IMG/VR virus record: IMGVR_UViG_3300021090_000024
Coordinates: 1-55,879 of that record
Strand: one strand, 5' to 3'
Source of the DNA: a virus
Lineage: Duplodnaviria > Caudoviricetes
DNA: 55,879 nucleotides
Positions 42,393 to 52,556 of the stretch are shown in pieces. The translations under genes and the position numbers were made by a program. Position 1 is the first letter of the stretch. Each line of letters starts with the position of its first letter. The notes beneath the pieces are model-generated. The model worked only from the letters and a program-made list of their open reading frames with translations. It did no database searches and was not told where the DNA came from.

Positions 42393-43919
42393 ATGCCTTT
42401 TCGACGCATGTTTCCTGGCCCCAATTGGGCATCCGCGAGTGCCGATGATGACGGTATTTCGGACGATACTGTGGCTAAGAAATTGAAGTATCATCCACGT
42501 TCGAAGCTTATGACATATGTGACTGGTGGCGTTACAGGTAGTTTACGGGTTTCTAGCGATTCGGGCCGCAATTGGGAAGAAGCAACTCTGCCAACCGGTT
42601 GTGATGGCTGTCTGGACGTTATAGAGGCCTCTGGTGCCCTCTATGGCCTCTTTTACGTGTCTAGCACCGATACAGCTAAAGTGGCCACCTCTGTTGAGGG
42701 ACTAGCATGGGCTATTATCTATACGCACTCGACAGGTCATCAGGCTTTCAATATTGCGGCATCGGGAAGCAAGGTCGCATTCATAGCGCGAAATGCGCCT
42801 GTAGGGAGTCTTGGCACGCTTTATGAATTGGTGCTTGCGTTAGATGGGTTGGATTTTCAAATTAAGCCTATTGCAGAGAGCATCATGTCAGATTCTAACG
42901 ATATTCCTCTTGTCGCATTTACCGGTGGGAGCATACTTATCTACATGGCAGGTGATCCTGTGACGGAGGTGTTTACGCGGGTGTGGATTGCTAGTCAGGT
43001 ATATGATCCAGATACAGATAGTTGGACAATATTGCCGGAGGCCCCTCTTAGTGATAAGCCTATCGGTAATCCGGCTATAGATACCGTAGGGGCGTTGCTG
43101 AGCATCGATAACTCTGAATGGATTTCTACTGATGCATTGGCTTCTTTTACCAATTTTGCAGGGCCTTCGGAATCTGTAGGTGCGCATTGTTTTGATGCGG
43201 GTGGCCGATTATGGATATTAGGCTCTTTGGATGCCTATTTTTCAGACGATCTTGGACAATCTTGGGCAGCAGCGGGTGCAGGAGTAGAGCGATTTGGTCG
43301 TTGGAATATTGCGGCACATCCTACGGATCAGAATAAGATCGTCTTTACCGATTCTGATGAAATTACAGGTAATTGGGTGGCATTTATTACAGAAAATCGG
43401 GGAGTTTCTTGGACAGTAGTGGATGTCGCCCCTGTTTCGGCAAATAATGATGGGGTGCAGGGCGCACCCATTTGGATGGAAAACGGTACAATTATAGTGC
43501 CTTTTGAGAATTCAGGCACTCAAATCTTGGAAGTTTATGCAGGTGATCTTGGAGGATTTTCACAAGTTTATGTGCATCCAGAAGGGTCTGTTTTAGTAGA
43601 TGTGTGTGTAGGGGCTGGTTATGGCTTTGTGGGTGTGCTCAATCTTATTGATGCGAGTAGTGAGATTTTGCGGAGTGCTGATGGTGTGACGTGGGTAGCT
43701 TTACCGCTACCAGCCGAAGCAAATGGTGGGTTGGTTGCGATCAATTATCTGGCGCATACTAGCACTCTATATATGCTAGCCATGACTGTTCTTCCAACAG
43801 GCCGTCGTTTTTATGGTGTGCCAGATGCTACGATTTCTTGGTCTCCAATTTCGCTTACAGCCCCATCTGTTCTTCCCACTAATCCGCATGGGTTAGGTCT
43901 TATTGGTGCGAACGTGTAA
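42393..43919 (+). CDS. BNR/Asp-box beta-propeller tail protein (putative receptor binding)
   Basis: SSDSGRNW, SDDLGQSW, TENRGVSW, SADGVTW. Confidence 0.8.
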   Translation: MPFRRMFPGPNWASASADDDGISDDTVAKKLKYHPRSKLMTYVTGGVTGSLRVSSDSGRNWEEATLPTGCDGCLDVIEASGALYGLFYVSSTDTAKVATSVEGLAWAIIYTHSTGHQAFNIAASGSKVAFIARNAPVGSLGTLYELVLALDGLDFQIKPIAESIMSDSNDIPLVAFTGGSILIYMAGDPVTEVFTRVWIASQVYDPDTDSWTILPEAPLSDKPIGNPAIDTVGALLSIDNSEWISTDALASFTNFAGPSESVGAHCFDAGGRLWILGSLDAYFSDDLGQSWAAAGAGVERFGRWNIAAHPTDQNKIVFTDSDEITGNWVAFITENRGVSWTVVDVAPVSANNDGVQGAPIWMENGTIIVPFENSGTQILEVYAGDLGGFSQVYVHPEGSVLVDVCVGAGYGFVGVLNLIDASSEILRSADGVTWVALPLPAEANGGLVAINYLAHTSTLYMLAMTVLPTGRRFYGVPDATISWSPISLTAPSVLPTNPHGLGLIGANV

Positions 43920-43931
43920 AAGGATAAACTT

Positions 43932-44417
43932 GTGGCGAGTTCGATAATTCTTACAAGCAACGATGAAGGAGAAACTTGGGAGATTTCTTATCCTGATAGC
44001 ACTGGCGCTTTGCCTATTGATTTGCTTCAACCAATGTACAGCGGCCCTATTTTCGCATTACGAGATTCATCGCTTACCGGCCCCTCGATTTTGCGGACTA
44101 CTAATGGTGCTACTTTTGATAGCTTCAATGATCCGGCGATAATAGCCGGTCTAAATGCGACTCCATTATCTATTGCGTATGATCTGGTTAAAGATGAATT
44201 GTATATCAGCTATACTGGCACTACCAGCATTTATGCTCTTATGAACGCTTCTCAGGTAGAGCCTGCGGCAGCTAATGCTGCTTTAGCCTCAGCAGCGGAT
44301 TCAGGTTTGCTTTTGATTACAGGCGCACTTCCGTATTGGCGGAGAATTACACCGCGATCTACAGTAGGGCGCGGCCCTCGTACTTTATTGGCAATTAAAC
44401 TGGCGCGAATACCATGA
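43932..44417 (+). CDS. BNR-repeat tail protein
   Basis: SNDEGETW, TTNGATF. Confidence 0.65.
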   Translation: MASSIILTSNDEGETWEISYPDSTGALPIDLLQPMYSGPIFALRDSSLTGPSILRTTNGATFDSFNDPAIIAGLNATPLSIAYDLVKDELYISYTGTTSIYALMNASQVEPAAANAALASAADSGLLLITGALPYWRRITPRSTVGRGPRTLLAIKLARIP

Positions 44418-45544
44418 ATAAATTAGACATACCAGCTTTTCGCGAGCTTCAAGATGATTTACATCGGCAAGAAGCGGAGATTTTGCGCCTGAGAACTAGG
44501 ATCAATTTGATCTCCACTGGTTCACAGATTATTGGCACGCAGCCTACCGTGCCATCATCAGTCCCTATTGTGGTTTGGCTTAATGCTTCTGGCGCTGCGC
44601 GTGTTCGCGGCGAGGTTGTAGTATATACGCTCTCTACTGATCGCTCGTTTAATGTTACTTCCACAGAAGGCGATGCCGCTGTTTTGGGTGTGGTAGATGA
44701 GGCCATTGCAGTAGGGGCGAATGGCCGTATAAAGCACATTGGCTACCATAGTAATGTCGCGGTCATAGGAGCCGTTATTGCCGGTAGCTTTCTCAAGACA
44801 AGCTCCACACCTGGCAAGGCAATGGATGCGGGTCTCACGCCTGTATCTGGTGCTTTTGCGCGGGCATTGACTTCCGCAGCAGGGCCAGGCGAAAGTACGG
44901 TGGGTGCATACATATTTCCAGCATTGCGTGGTTCGAACCATGCAGAGCAGCATTATGAAAATGCTGCTGATGAGCTTATTGTAGAGAACCTTGGCTCCCT
45001 AGAATTTGATACATCTAAACGGCTTGGGCCTGATGGCTTCGGCGGTTTGTCTTGGTTGTCAGGAGGTGCTAGTCCTGGCTATACCATCATTCCTTTTGGC
45101 TCTGAAGCAATCGATGGGCATGGTTTTACAAATTCCGGTGGTGCCGATGCCTACACTCAGTTTGGAGTTGTACGTCGAAAGATTAGTCCAATAGTGTTTG
45201 GTTACACACCTCTGCGTATTCTAATAGAGGTGACTTTAGAGACATTAACTGCTGGAAAAAATGTTAAGGCACGTCTTTGGGATGCAACAGATAGCGCAGC
45301 TATTGCCGACTCGACAGTGGAAACAACATCAGAGACACCGGTACGTTTGCGATCTTCCTTTTTGACATTGGATACCGATGAACATGAGTATTACATCGAA
45401 TTTGGTGGGGAAGCTGCTGGTTCTTATGTGTGTTATGATGCAGTCATCTATGTAGGTGATTTGTCACTATCAGAACCAATCTATGCAGGCGGTAGGTGGT
45501 TCTCGAATTGGTTTGCTAGGTATATGGGTGCAGGGGTTTCATAA
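44414..45544 (+). CDS. Minor tail/virion protein
   Basis: N-terminal coiled coil; Gly/Ala-rich beta domain. Confidence 0.65.
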   Translation: MNKLDIPAFRELQDDLHRQEAEILRLRTRINLISTGSQIIGTQPTVPSSVPIVVWLNASGAARVRGEVVVYTLSTDRSFNVTSTEGDAAVLGVVDEAIAVGANGRIKHIGYHSNVAVIGAVIAGSFLKTSSTPGKAMDAGLTPVSGAFARALTSAAGPGESTVGAYIFPALRGSNHAEQHYENAADELIVENLGSLEFDTSKRLGPDGFGGLSWLSGGASPGYTIIPFGSEAIDGHGFTNSGGADAYTQFGVVRRKISPIVFGYTPLRILIEVTLETLTAGKNVKARLWDATDSAAIADSTVETTSETPVRLRSSFLTLDTDEHEYYIEFGGEAAGSYVCYDAVIYVGDLSLSEPIYAGGRWFSNWFARYMGAGVS

Positions 45545-46248
45545 TGGCATTTCCAACTGTATTAGATGCACTCATTCAAGTATTTACATCATCAAATACA
45601 TCGCATAATGTGGCTATGCCTGCGACTGTGGGTGCCAACAATGCCTTGCTGGTGCTTATTCAAATGGCCGGTAATGTGACAATCACCACACCAGGCGGGT
45701 GGACTTCTTTGGGCCAGGTTGCGGATTCCACTCCTTCGTCACGTATGGCAGCATTTGGAAAAGTAGCGGTTGGTGATGAGGATGGAACTACTGTAGATTT
45801 TGTGTCTGCATCTGCATGTAAGGCTGCATCAAACGTCTATCAGATTTCGAGTTGGTTTCAAGATTTAGCAGGCATTGCAATTGCCACAGGTGGCTCGAAT
45901 AACCATGATCCGCCTTCCCTTAGCCCTTCATGGGGTGCACTTGATACTCTATGGATTATTACAGCTTCTCAGGATGGCAATATTGGCGTTAATGCTGGTA
46001 CGGTTCCCACAGATTATGGGAATAGAATCAATGCACATTATGATGAAAGTACACTTGAGTCATATGTGGATTCGGCTCGACGTGAATTTAATTCCGCTAC
46101 GGATAATCCAGTGGCATGGGGGAACTCAGCCGCGAACTTTGCTTTCACACTCGCTATCCGTCCATCGGCAGGCGGAGGTGGTGGTACAATTAAAGGACGT
46201 AGAACACTTCACATGCTCGGAACGCGTATGGGATCGAGGACACTCTAA
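45544..46248 (+). CDS. Minor tail/virion protein
   Basis: TAATG coupling; TPGGWT; Gly linker before a basic C-terminal peptide. Confidence 0.65.
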   Translation: MAFPTVLDALIQVFTSSNTSHNVAMPATVGANNALLVLIQMAGNVTITTPGGWTSLGQVADSTPSSRMAAFGKVAVGDEDGTTVDFVSASACKAASNVYQISSWFQDLAGIAIATGGSNNHDPPSLSPSWGALDTLWIITASQDGNIGVNAGTVPTDYGNRINAHYDESTLESYVDSARREFNSATDNPVAWGNSAANFAFTLAIRPSAGGGGGTIKGRRTLHMLGTRMGSRTL

Positions 46249-46934
46249 TGTATCCAATCAAACAATCTACAACTGCACAGCCTCTCATGTTTCTCATGGT
46301 GGATTCTACGGATCACGTGACAGGTAAAACTGGCTTGACACCTACTGTGACCATTTCCAAGAATGGTGCTGCTTTTGGCGCACCTGCTGGTGCGGTAACA
46401 GAGCTTACAAGCGGCTGGTATAAAGTGGCCGGTAATGCTACAGATACTAATACTCTTGGCCCTCTTCTATTGCACGCGACAGGTGCAGCCGCAGACCCAA
46501 CAGATGTGGTGTACTATGTCGTATCCTATGATCCACAGGATGCAGTACGGCTCGGTCTCACAGCCCTGCCTAACGCAGCCGCAGAAGCCGCAGGAGGCCT
46601 CTACACGCGCGGTACGGGTGCAGGACAGCTTAATCAGAATGCCAACGGTCAGCACGATGTGCGTGCGGTGACTTTAGCTGCGGACGTAATCACAGATACG
46701 TCTCTCGCAACTTCAGCGGGCACTGAATTAGCTGATGCCATTGCTGATGAGGTTTATGAAGGTACAGAGACCTTGCGACAGATCATTCGACTCATGCGTG
46801 CAATTATGTTAGGCGCAACTACTGGTCAGCCAAGCTCACCTGTCTTTAAGAGTGAGGATGGTGGAACCGACCGTGTGACGGCTACAGTAGATGGCAGCGG
46901 TAATCGTTCTGCCATTGTGACTGATCCAGATTAG
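46248..46934 (+). CDS. Tail/baseplate accessory protein
   Basis: TGKTGL, ISKNG, DTNTLG; paralogue of 38402-39058. Confidence 0.65.
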   Translation: MYPIKQSTTAQPLMFLMVDSTDHVTGKTGLTPTVTISKNGAAFGAPAGAVTELTSGWYKVAGNATDTNTLGPLLLHATGAAADPTDVVYYVVSYDPQDAVRLGLTALPNAAAEAAGGLYTRGTGAGQLNQNANGQHDVRAVTLAADVITDTSLATSAGTELADAIADEVYEGTETLRQIIRLMRAIMLGATTGQPSSPVFKSEDGGTDRVTATVDGSGNRSAIVTDPD

Positions 46935-46944
46935 GATTTGATCG

Positions 46945-47139
46945 ATGCGCATTAAATTGAGTACCGGTGCAATTTATGAACTTTTTGGCTCTTTGAAAGT
47001 AGGCGCTATCGGGGTGCCTGCGGCTAATGAGGAAGGAGATGTGAACGCAATGCGTCTTTTTCTTAATGGTGTAGAAGTAGTCCCTGGTGGTAGCATAAAT
47101 CAAACGGTGGCAATGAAGATTGCTTCATTGCGCGGTTAG
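46945..47139 (+). CDS. Small hypothetical protein
   Basis: SD AGGA; fills the gap in the tail operon. Confidence 0.55.
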   Translation: MRIKLSTGAIYELFGSLKVGAIGVPAANEEGDVNAMRLFLNGVEVVPGGSINQTVAMKIASLRG

Positions 47140-47145
47140 AGGTAT

Positions 47146-48666
47146 TTGATGATCATCTTAGATGCTACAACGAAGAGCCTAGAAGTAGATTTGGATGGCG
47201 CTATCGCCACCAATCAACTCCCAATAGTTGCATCGTTTGTCGATGTAACAACTACGACATATGCGCCTGGTGCTACCGATACGGAAACCAATAATACGAC
47301 TGCGGTAACTGCCGTGGCCGCACCTGCGGCGTCTACGCAGCGACAGGTTAAACTCCTCACGATCTATAACCGTGATACGGCGGTAGCTATCGTGACGGTT
47401 CAATTGAACAATAATGCGACGCTCCGCACACTAATTAAAGTGACCTTAGCTGTAGGCGATACTTTGGTCTATACCGATGGCGAGGGATGGCGAGTCGTGA
47501 CAGCATCGGGGCAGATCAAGTCAGGTTTTGGACAGCATGATCACTCGCTCTCAACAGAAGCCAATGCACTCGTTCCCCTTTCATTAGATGTGACTGGCGG
47601 GCCTGTGAAGCTATCAGGCGATCTCTCTCCCTCACAGATCACGGCGAACCAGAATAACTATAATCCGACCGGATTGGCGACAGCGAGCATTTTGCGCCTC
47701 ACCTCCGATGCATCGCGTAACGTCACCGGCCTGGCAGGTGGGGCTGATGGGCGTCTTCTCATCATCTACAATGTTGGTTCAAATGATATTGTTCTGATTG
47801 ATGAGAGCAGTAGTTCCGACGCTGACAAGAGATTTGCACTTCCATCTGATAGTCTCACTCTTCAGATTGATCATGGTATTTTATTACAATACGATTCAAC
47901 AGTCTCTCGCTGGCGTACAGCGGAGACCCCTGCGCTGACCGGAGTGATCAATCCTTCACAGCTTGTAGCTAATACGAATGATTGGAATCCGACCGGCCTT
48001 GCCGGTGCAACGCATATTCAGTTATCGACTGATGCATCGCGCGATCTTACAGGCATTGTTGGCGGATATTCGGGCCGAATCCTGATACTGTATAACATCG
48101 GGACTAATCCTATTGTGCTGAAGAATGAATCAGGATCATCGTCGGCAACTAATCGCTTTAATATGGTGGCCGACGTTATCGTTCTTCAGAATGAGATGGC
48201 CATATTTCGATATGGCACCACGTTCAACAGGTGGCGTTATGTAGGGGGTTCGGCTTCGGGGTCTCAGGCCTGGACGCCTATACTATATCAAAACAACGCA
48301 TCGGTGACGGCTACAGTAGACTTAGCTCGTTACCTGCAAGTTGGAAAGCGAATCGATTACGTGGTTCGCTTATCAACAACAGGGACAGGCACCATTAACA
48401 CGATGATTGAAGTTAGCGTACCTGTAACAGCGCTGCCCGCTTGGAGTGGGGCCTTTGCCTTTGTCGGTTATGGTTTGCTGTTTGACTCCGACACTGGATT
48501 GGTATATCCATTCCTAGTTCAACTTGATTCGGGGAGTGGCCGTTTTTCATTTAGGCCCACGACTACTACGACCGATGCGCGTCTCGGTTTAACCGGCGCT
48601 CCTTTTACTGCGGCGCTCGCATCGGGGGACATCATCCAAATTTCAGGCTCATACGAAGCGGCATAA
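47146..48666 (+). CDS. Tail fibre-like protein with two tandem ~110-aa repeats
   Basis: PSQ..AN.N..NPTGLA...DASR..TG..GG..GR.LI.YN.G.N.IVL..ES.SS....RF occurs twice. Confidence 0.75.
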   Translation: MMIILDATTKSLEVDLDGAIATNQLPIVASFVDVTTTTYAPGATDTETNNTTAVTAVAAPAASTQRQVKLLTIYNRDTAVAIVTVQLNNNATLRTLIKVTLAVGDTLVYTDGEGWRVVTASGQIKSGFGQHDHSLSTEANALVPLSLDVTGGPVKLSGDLSPSQITANQNNYNPTGLATASILRLTSDASRNVTGLAGGADGRLLIIYNVGSNDIVLIDESSSSDADKRFALPSDSLTLQIDHGILLQYDSTVSRWRTAETPALTGVINPSQLVANTNDWNPTGLAGATHIQLSTDASRDLTGIVGGYSGRILILYNIGTNPIVLKNESGSSSATNRFNMVADVIVLQNEMAIFRYGTTFNRWRYVGGSASGSQAWTPILYQNNASVTATVDLARYLQVGKRIDYVVRLSTTGTGTINTMIEVSVPVTALPAWSGAFAFVGYGLLFDSDTGLVYPFLVQLDSGSGRFSFRPTTTTTDARLGLTGAPFTAALASGDIIQISGSYEAA

Positions 48667-48677
48667 GAGGAGATGAA

Positions 48678-48896
48678 ATGGCTCAATTTGTGATTACGAT
48701 TCCAGATCAATTCGTCACACGTGTGAGGACTGCCGTAGGTGATGGTCAATTGGCAACGATTCCCCAGGCGGAGGCTTTGATTCTCGGTTGGCTGCGCGAT
48801 TTTGTATGGGCTTATGAGGATCGCATACAGACATCATTGAAATTAACTGAAGCGAATACTGCCAATAGTGCACGTCGCAGTGAGATATGGGCGTAA
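48678..48896 (+). CDS. Small hypothetical protein after the fibre gene
   Basis: SD GAGGAG. Confidence 0.65.
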   Translation: MAQFVITIPDQFVTRVRTAVGDGQLATIPQAEALILGWLRDFVWAYEDRIQTSLKLTEANTANSARRSEIWA

Positions 48897-48943
48897 TTGA
48901 CTCTAACCTTACACTTGATGTAACAATGGTGTATGGAGGGTAG

Positions 48944-50464
48944 ATGTCGCTCGTAGAAATCGCCGTAACCAACACGCGCGCACGTATTAGGGCTAAGGAT
49001 CAGCTTATCTATGGGGATGTGGACAAGCTCCTTTCCTATTTCTCGAAGGTTGCGCCTTATCAGAAATCCTACAAGGTTTACCTTCGGGATAAAGAGAAGG
49101 CGCGCAAGGAAGGGCGCACACCTCGCGGTTGGAATGGTATAACCCATCTCTTTCGAGATAGTGATAAAAGTTTCCCTGCCGGTTTGTCCGAACGCCTGGC
49201 AGGTGCCATGCAAAACGCCGAGTATGAGATCGCTTTTCACGATAATCGCATTCGGCCAGATAGCCATCCTAAATTGACTGATGGGTACATTGTAGCCGAT
49301 CCACGGGAATGGCAGACCGGCGCATTCGAAGCAGCGAAAGCCAATGAACGTGGTGTATTTGAAGCCGCAACCGGCACCGGTAAAACCACATTGATGGCGC
49401 AGAACATCGCGCATTATGGCCAACCATCGTTGGTCTTGGTCAATCGCAACACCTTGGCGAAACAAACACTTACACGTTTTCAGAGCATCATTCGTTTTCC
49501 ACATGCAGAGAATCCCTTTGGCATCATCGGAGACGGTATTTGGGAACCTGGCTTGATTACGATAGCCACCTATCAGACGCTTCATTCCATGCTCATATCT
49601 GACAAGAAGGGTACGATGGAATGGCTCCGGCTATTTAAGGCCTTGCATGTGGATGAGGCACATCATGTACCGGCGCGTACCTTCTATGATTTGACGAATG
49701 CGACAGAAGAATGCTTTTATCGCTATGGCTATAGCGCCACACCATTTAAGAGCGATAAGGAAACCGAACTTCGACTTGTTGGAGTATGCGGTGAAATCAT
49801 CTATAGCTACACAGCACTTGATGCGATTAAGGATGGCGTTCTTGCACCTCCGCATATTTATGTGGTCGACCCTGATTTTTCTAGGCTCGCTAAAGCAAAG
49901 GCGGATGAAGATGGCAAGTATCATGGTAAATTCGGAGACGAATATAAGGAAGGGATTGTCGACCATCGAGAACGCAATCATCTTCTTGCGAATCTTGCCG
50001 AGATATGTGCGGACGCACATCTTCCTACCCTCGTCCTAGTGCGCCAGAACGCGCAAGGACGACGCCTACGCCAGTTGATTGATGATTCCGAGTACATCAA
50101 TGGGTCTACGTCTACAGAGGGCCGTGAGGAGGCTAAGAGACGGTTAGGATCGGGAGATTTGCCTGTATTGATTGCTTCGACTATCTTCAATGAAGGAGAG
50201 GACATTCCTGCCGTTGGTGCATTGATCCTCGGTGGTGGCTATAGAGCCGAACATTTAGCAATGCAGATGGTGGGCCGTGGTTTACGGCCAAGCCCTGGCA
50301 AGAAGTTCGTACTTGTATTTGACTGCTATGACAGCCAAAGCTTTCGTCTTGAGAGACATTCAAAATCGCGGATTAAGGCTTGGCGCGACGCTGGCTTCAA
50401 TATACACATTGTGGATTTAGATGAGCTTGAGGCCTTAATGGATAAGAAAGGCTTTTTCGGATGA
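48944..50464 (+). CDS. uvsW: SF2 DNA helicase, UvsW-like
   Basis: ATGTGKT, VDEAHH, SATP, EGEDIP, QMVGRGLR. Confidence 0.9.
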   Translation: MSLVEIAVTNTRARIRAKDQLIYGDVDKLLSYFSKVAPYQKSYKVYLRDKEKARKEGRTPRGWNGITHLFRDSDKSFPAGLSERLAGAMQNAEYEIAFHDNRIRPDSHPKLTDGYIVADPREWQTGAFEAAKANERGVFEAATGTGKTTLMAQNIAHYGQPSLVLVNRNTLAKQTLTRFQSIIRFPHAENPFGIIGDGIWEPGLITIATYQTLHSMLISDKKGTMEWLRLFKALHVDEAHHVPARTFYDLTNATEECFYRYGYSATPFKSDKETELRLVGVCGEIIYSYTALDAIKDGVLAPPHIYVVDPDFSRLAKAKADEDGKYHGKFGDEYKEGIVDHRERNHLLANLAEICADAHLPTLVLVRQNAQGRRLRQLIDDSEYINGSTSTEGREEAKRRLGSGDLPVLIASTIFNEGEDIPAVGALILGGGYRAEHLAMQMVGRGLRPSPGKKFVLVFDCYDSQSFRLERHSKSRIKAWRDAGFNIHIVDLDELEALMDKKGFFG

Positions 50465-51075
50465 TGTATGTCATCGAACATGACGGCGATTTGAGTCAGA
50501 TGCCGAAATGGTGGGAATGGTGGTATGCTTCATTGCGACCACAATGGCAAGCGCGCGATCTTTATTTAAGGTTGTGTCGGCCTGAATACGCTGAATCCGA
50601 GAAAGCTATTGCCGATAGACTATTGGCGCATCAGGCCAATCTCTCGAAGTTCGCGTTAGAACGTAGTCTGCACGCATTGGAAGCCATTGAGTTTCTAAGC
50701 CTCTTTGAGGATGAGGGCACGACCTTTATTAAGGTGTTCTCGCCGCCTAAGCCCACATCTGCGGAGGAACAACAGGCTGATGTGATTGGCAAGCAACGCC
50801 GTGAAACAGAGCATCAGGCCGCAGATGAGTTTGTCAAAATTTGGAAACGCGATTTTGAAAAGACGTTCAATGAGGCTTATCTTCCTAATGGCCTTGACCA
50901 GCGTATGGCGCAACGCCTTGCCCACAATGAACCGGATTGGAAAGGTATTCGCGCTGTGATCGAATATTATTGGCATTATGAGAATGATGATCAGTATAAG
51001 CGATTTTCTGCTTTTGCTACTGAGTATGATCGTTTTGCAACTGAGAAGGGTCGACTCGAAAGGAACATGCTTTAA
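50461..51075 (+). CDS. Hypothetical replication-associated protein
   Basis: Coupled between the helicase and DnaB genes. Confidence 0.65.
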   Translation: MMYVIEHDGDLSQMPKWWEWWYASLRPQWQARDLYLRLCRPEYAESEKAIADRLLAHQANLSKFALERSLHALEAIEFLSLFEDEGTTFIKVFSPPKPTSAEEQQADVIGKQRRETEHQAADEFVKIWKRDFEKTFNEAYLPNGLDQRMAQRLAHNEPDWKGIRAVIEYYWHYENDDQYKRFSAFATEYDRFATEKGRLERNML

Positions 51076-52556
51076 TGGCAACGCAAGAGCGATTTCGTTT
51101 AGCCGCCTTGCACGCACTTTGGGGATTGTCCCATAATGAACATTTCATGCGCGAGTTTGCAGACATCATTTCTCCCGATACATTTGGACATCAGGCAGAG
51201 CAGCTATTCGCTAGTTGGTGCCTCGATCATTGGAAGAAATACCAGGCTATCATCACAGATTCCGCACTCGACATTTACATGGACGAAGATGATGAATTCG
51301 AGATTTTGGAGCTTACTCCTCGCAGCATTGATCGGCTTATCGAAGAGATGCTACCCATCGGTCAGAAAGATCGTCTACGTATTTATGAGGATATAGCCGA
51401 ACTATGCCAGCGCATGGCATATAAGCGGGCACAGGAAGAAGCTAATCAAATTCTTGAGGATGAAGGCGCGGAGGCTGCGTTTGAAGCGTTTGAACGTGCC
51501 CGTAAGAGCGCGCCGCGTAAAGGTGCAGTCACCGGCTATAACTTTCCTGATGATGAACGTACCGCCACTAACAGCATGTCTACATTGGAAACAATTAAGA
51601 CCGGCCTACCAAAGCTCGACATATGTATGGATGGCGGCGTTGGTTTAGGTGAAGTAGCGATTTTCGTTGGCGCGACCGGAACAGGGAAGAGCCAATGGCT
51701 ATGCTTTGTGGCTGCACAGGCTATGATGCATGGCATTGATTGTGTCTTCTATACATTGGAGCTAGGGCCGGAAGAAATTTACGCTCGTATTGAGGCCTCT
51801 GCTACCGGTTCATCTATTGACGACATTAAGAGCCTTGCTGAAGAAGGTAGCGATCCTGAATTGGATGCGCTCCGCAAGAATGTAAAGGCTAATTACACTC
51901 TTTTCAAAAAGCGTATGCTAAGAGCCGGTCATGGAAAGAACATAGTTAGAGTGCGTGATTTGTCTGATGAAGCGCCCGATATGCAAATGATTCTGGATGA
52001 TCTCGATGTCTTGGAACGTGAAGGCTTCAAACCGCCGTTAATCATTATTGACTATGCGGACATGCTTCAACCTCGGGATAAGTACCCTACTGAGCACGCC
52101 GGTCAGACAGAAATCCATAGGGAATTATCTCGTTTGGCTAAGTCGCGCAATGTTGCAATTTGGACGGCCTCGCAGGTTGGACGTAAAGGTTTGACGATTG
52201 CGGATAAGAGTATTGCAGCATTGCTTGCCGATATTCAAGGTGCTTTTGCTAAGGCATTCACAGCGACGTTTGTGGTATGGAGCACGCAGAAGGCACAGAT
52301 GCGAAAGCGTAATGAAAGCATCTTCTTGATGGTTAAGGCTAGACGTGGTAGATATGCTGGACATCATTTCTTTGTGAACTATGACTATGCGCGTTCTTAT
52401 TTCCGTGCAGCAAAAGATGCTGACGATGAGGGCGATGAGGATGGTGCATTTACAAATGCCAATACCTATGAACGCGATAGCATCTATAACGATCCTTTTG
52501 ATAAAGAAGAAAATGAAGAGGATGATGATTTTAATTACCGGTCGAGACGCCAATGA
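51075..52556 (+). CDS. dnaB: Replicative DNA helicase, DnaB-like
   Basis: GATGTGKS, YTLEL, IIIDYAD, WTASQ, KARRG. Confidence 0.93.
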   Translation: MATQERFRLAALHALWGLSHNEHFMREFADIISPDTFGHQAEQLFASWCLDHWKKYQAIITDSALDIYMDEDDEFEILELTPRSIDRLIEEMLPIGQKDRLRIYEDIAELCQRMAYKRAQEEANQILEDEGAEAAFEAFERARKSAPRKGAVTGYNFPDDERTATNSMSTLETIKTGLPKLDICMDGGVGLGEVAIFVGATGTGKSQWLCFVAAQAMMHGIDCVFYTLELGPEEIYARIEASATGSSIDDIKSLAEEGSDPELDALRKNVKANYTLFKKRMLRAGHGKNIVRVRDLSDEAPDMQMILDDLDVLEREGFKPPLIIIDYADMLQPRDKYPTEHAGQTEIHRELSRLAKSRNVAIWTASQVGRKGLTIADKSIAALLADIQGAFAKAFTATFVVWSTQKAQMRKRNESIFLMVKARRGRYAGHHFFVNYDYARSYFRAAKDADDEGDEDGAFTNANTYERDSIYNDPFDKEENEEDDDFNYRSRRQ

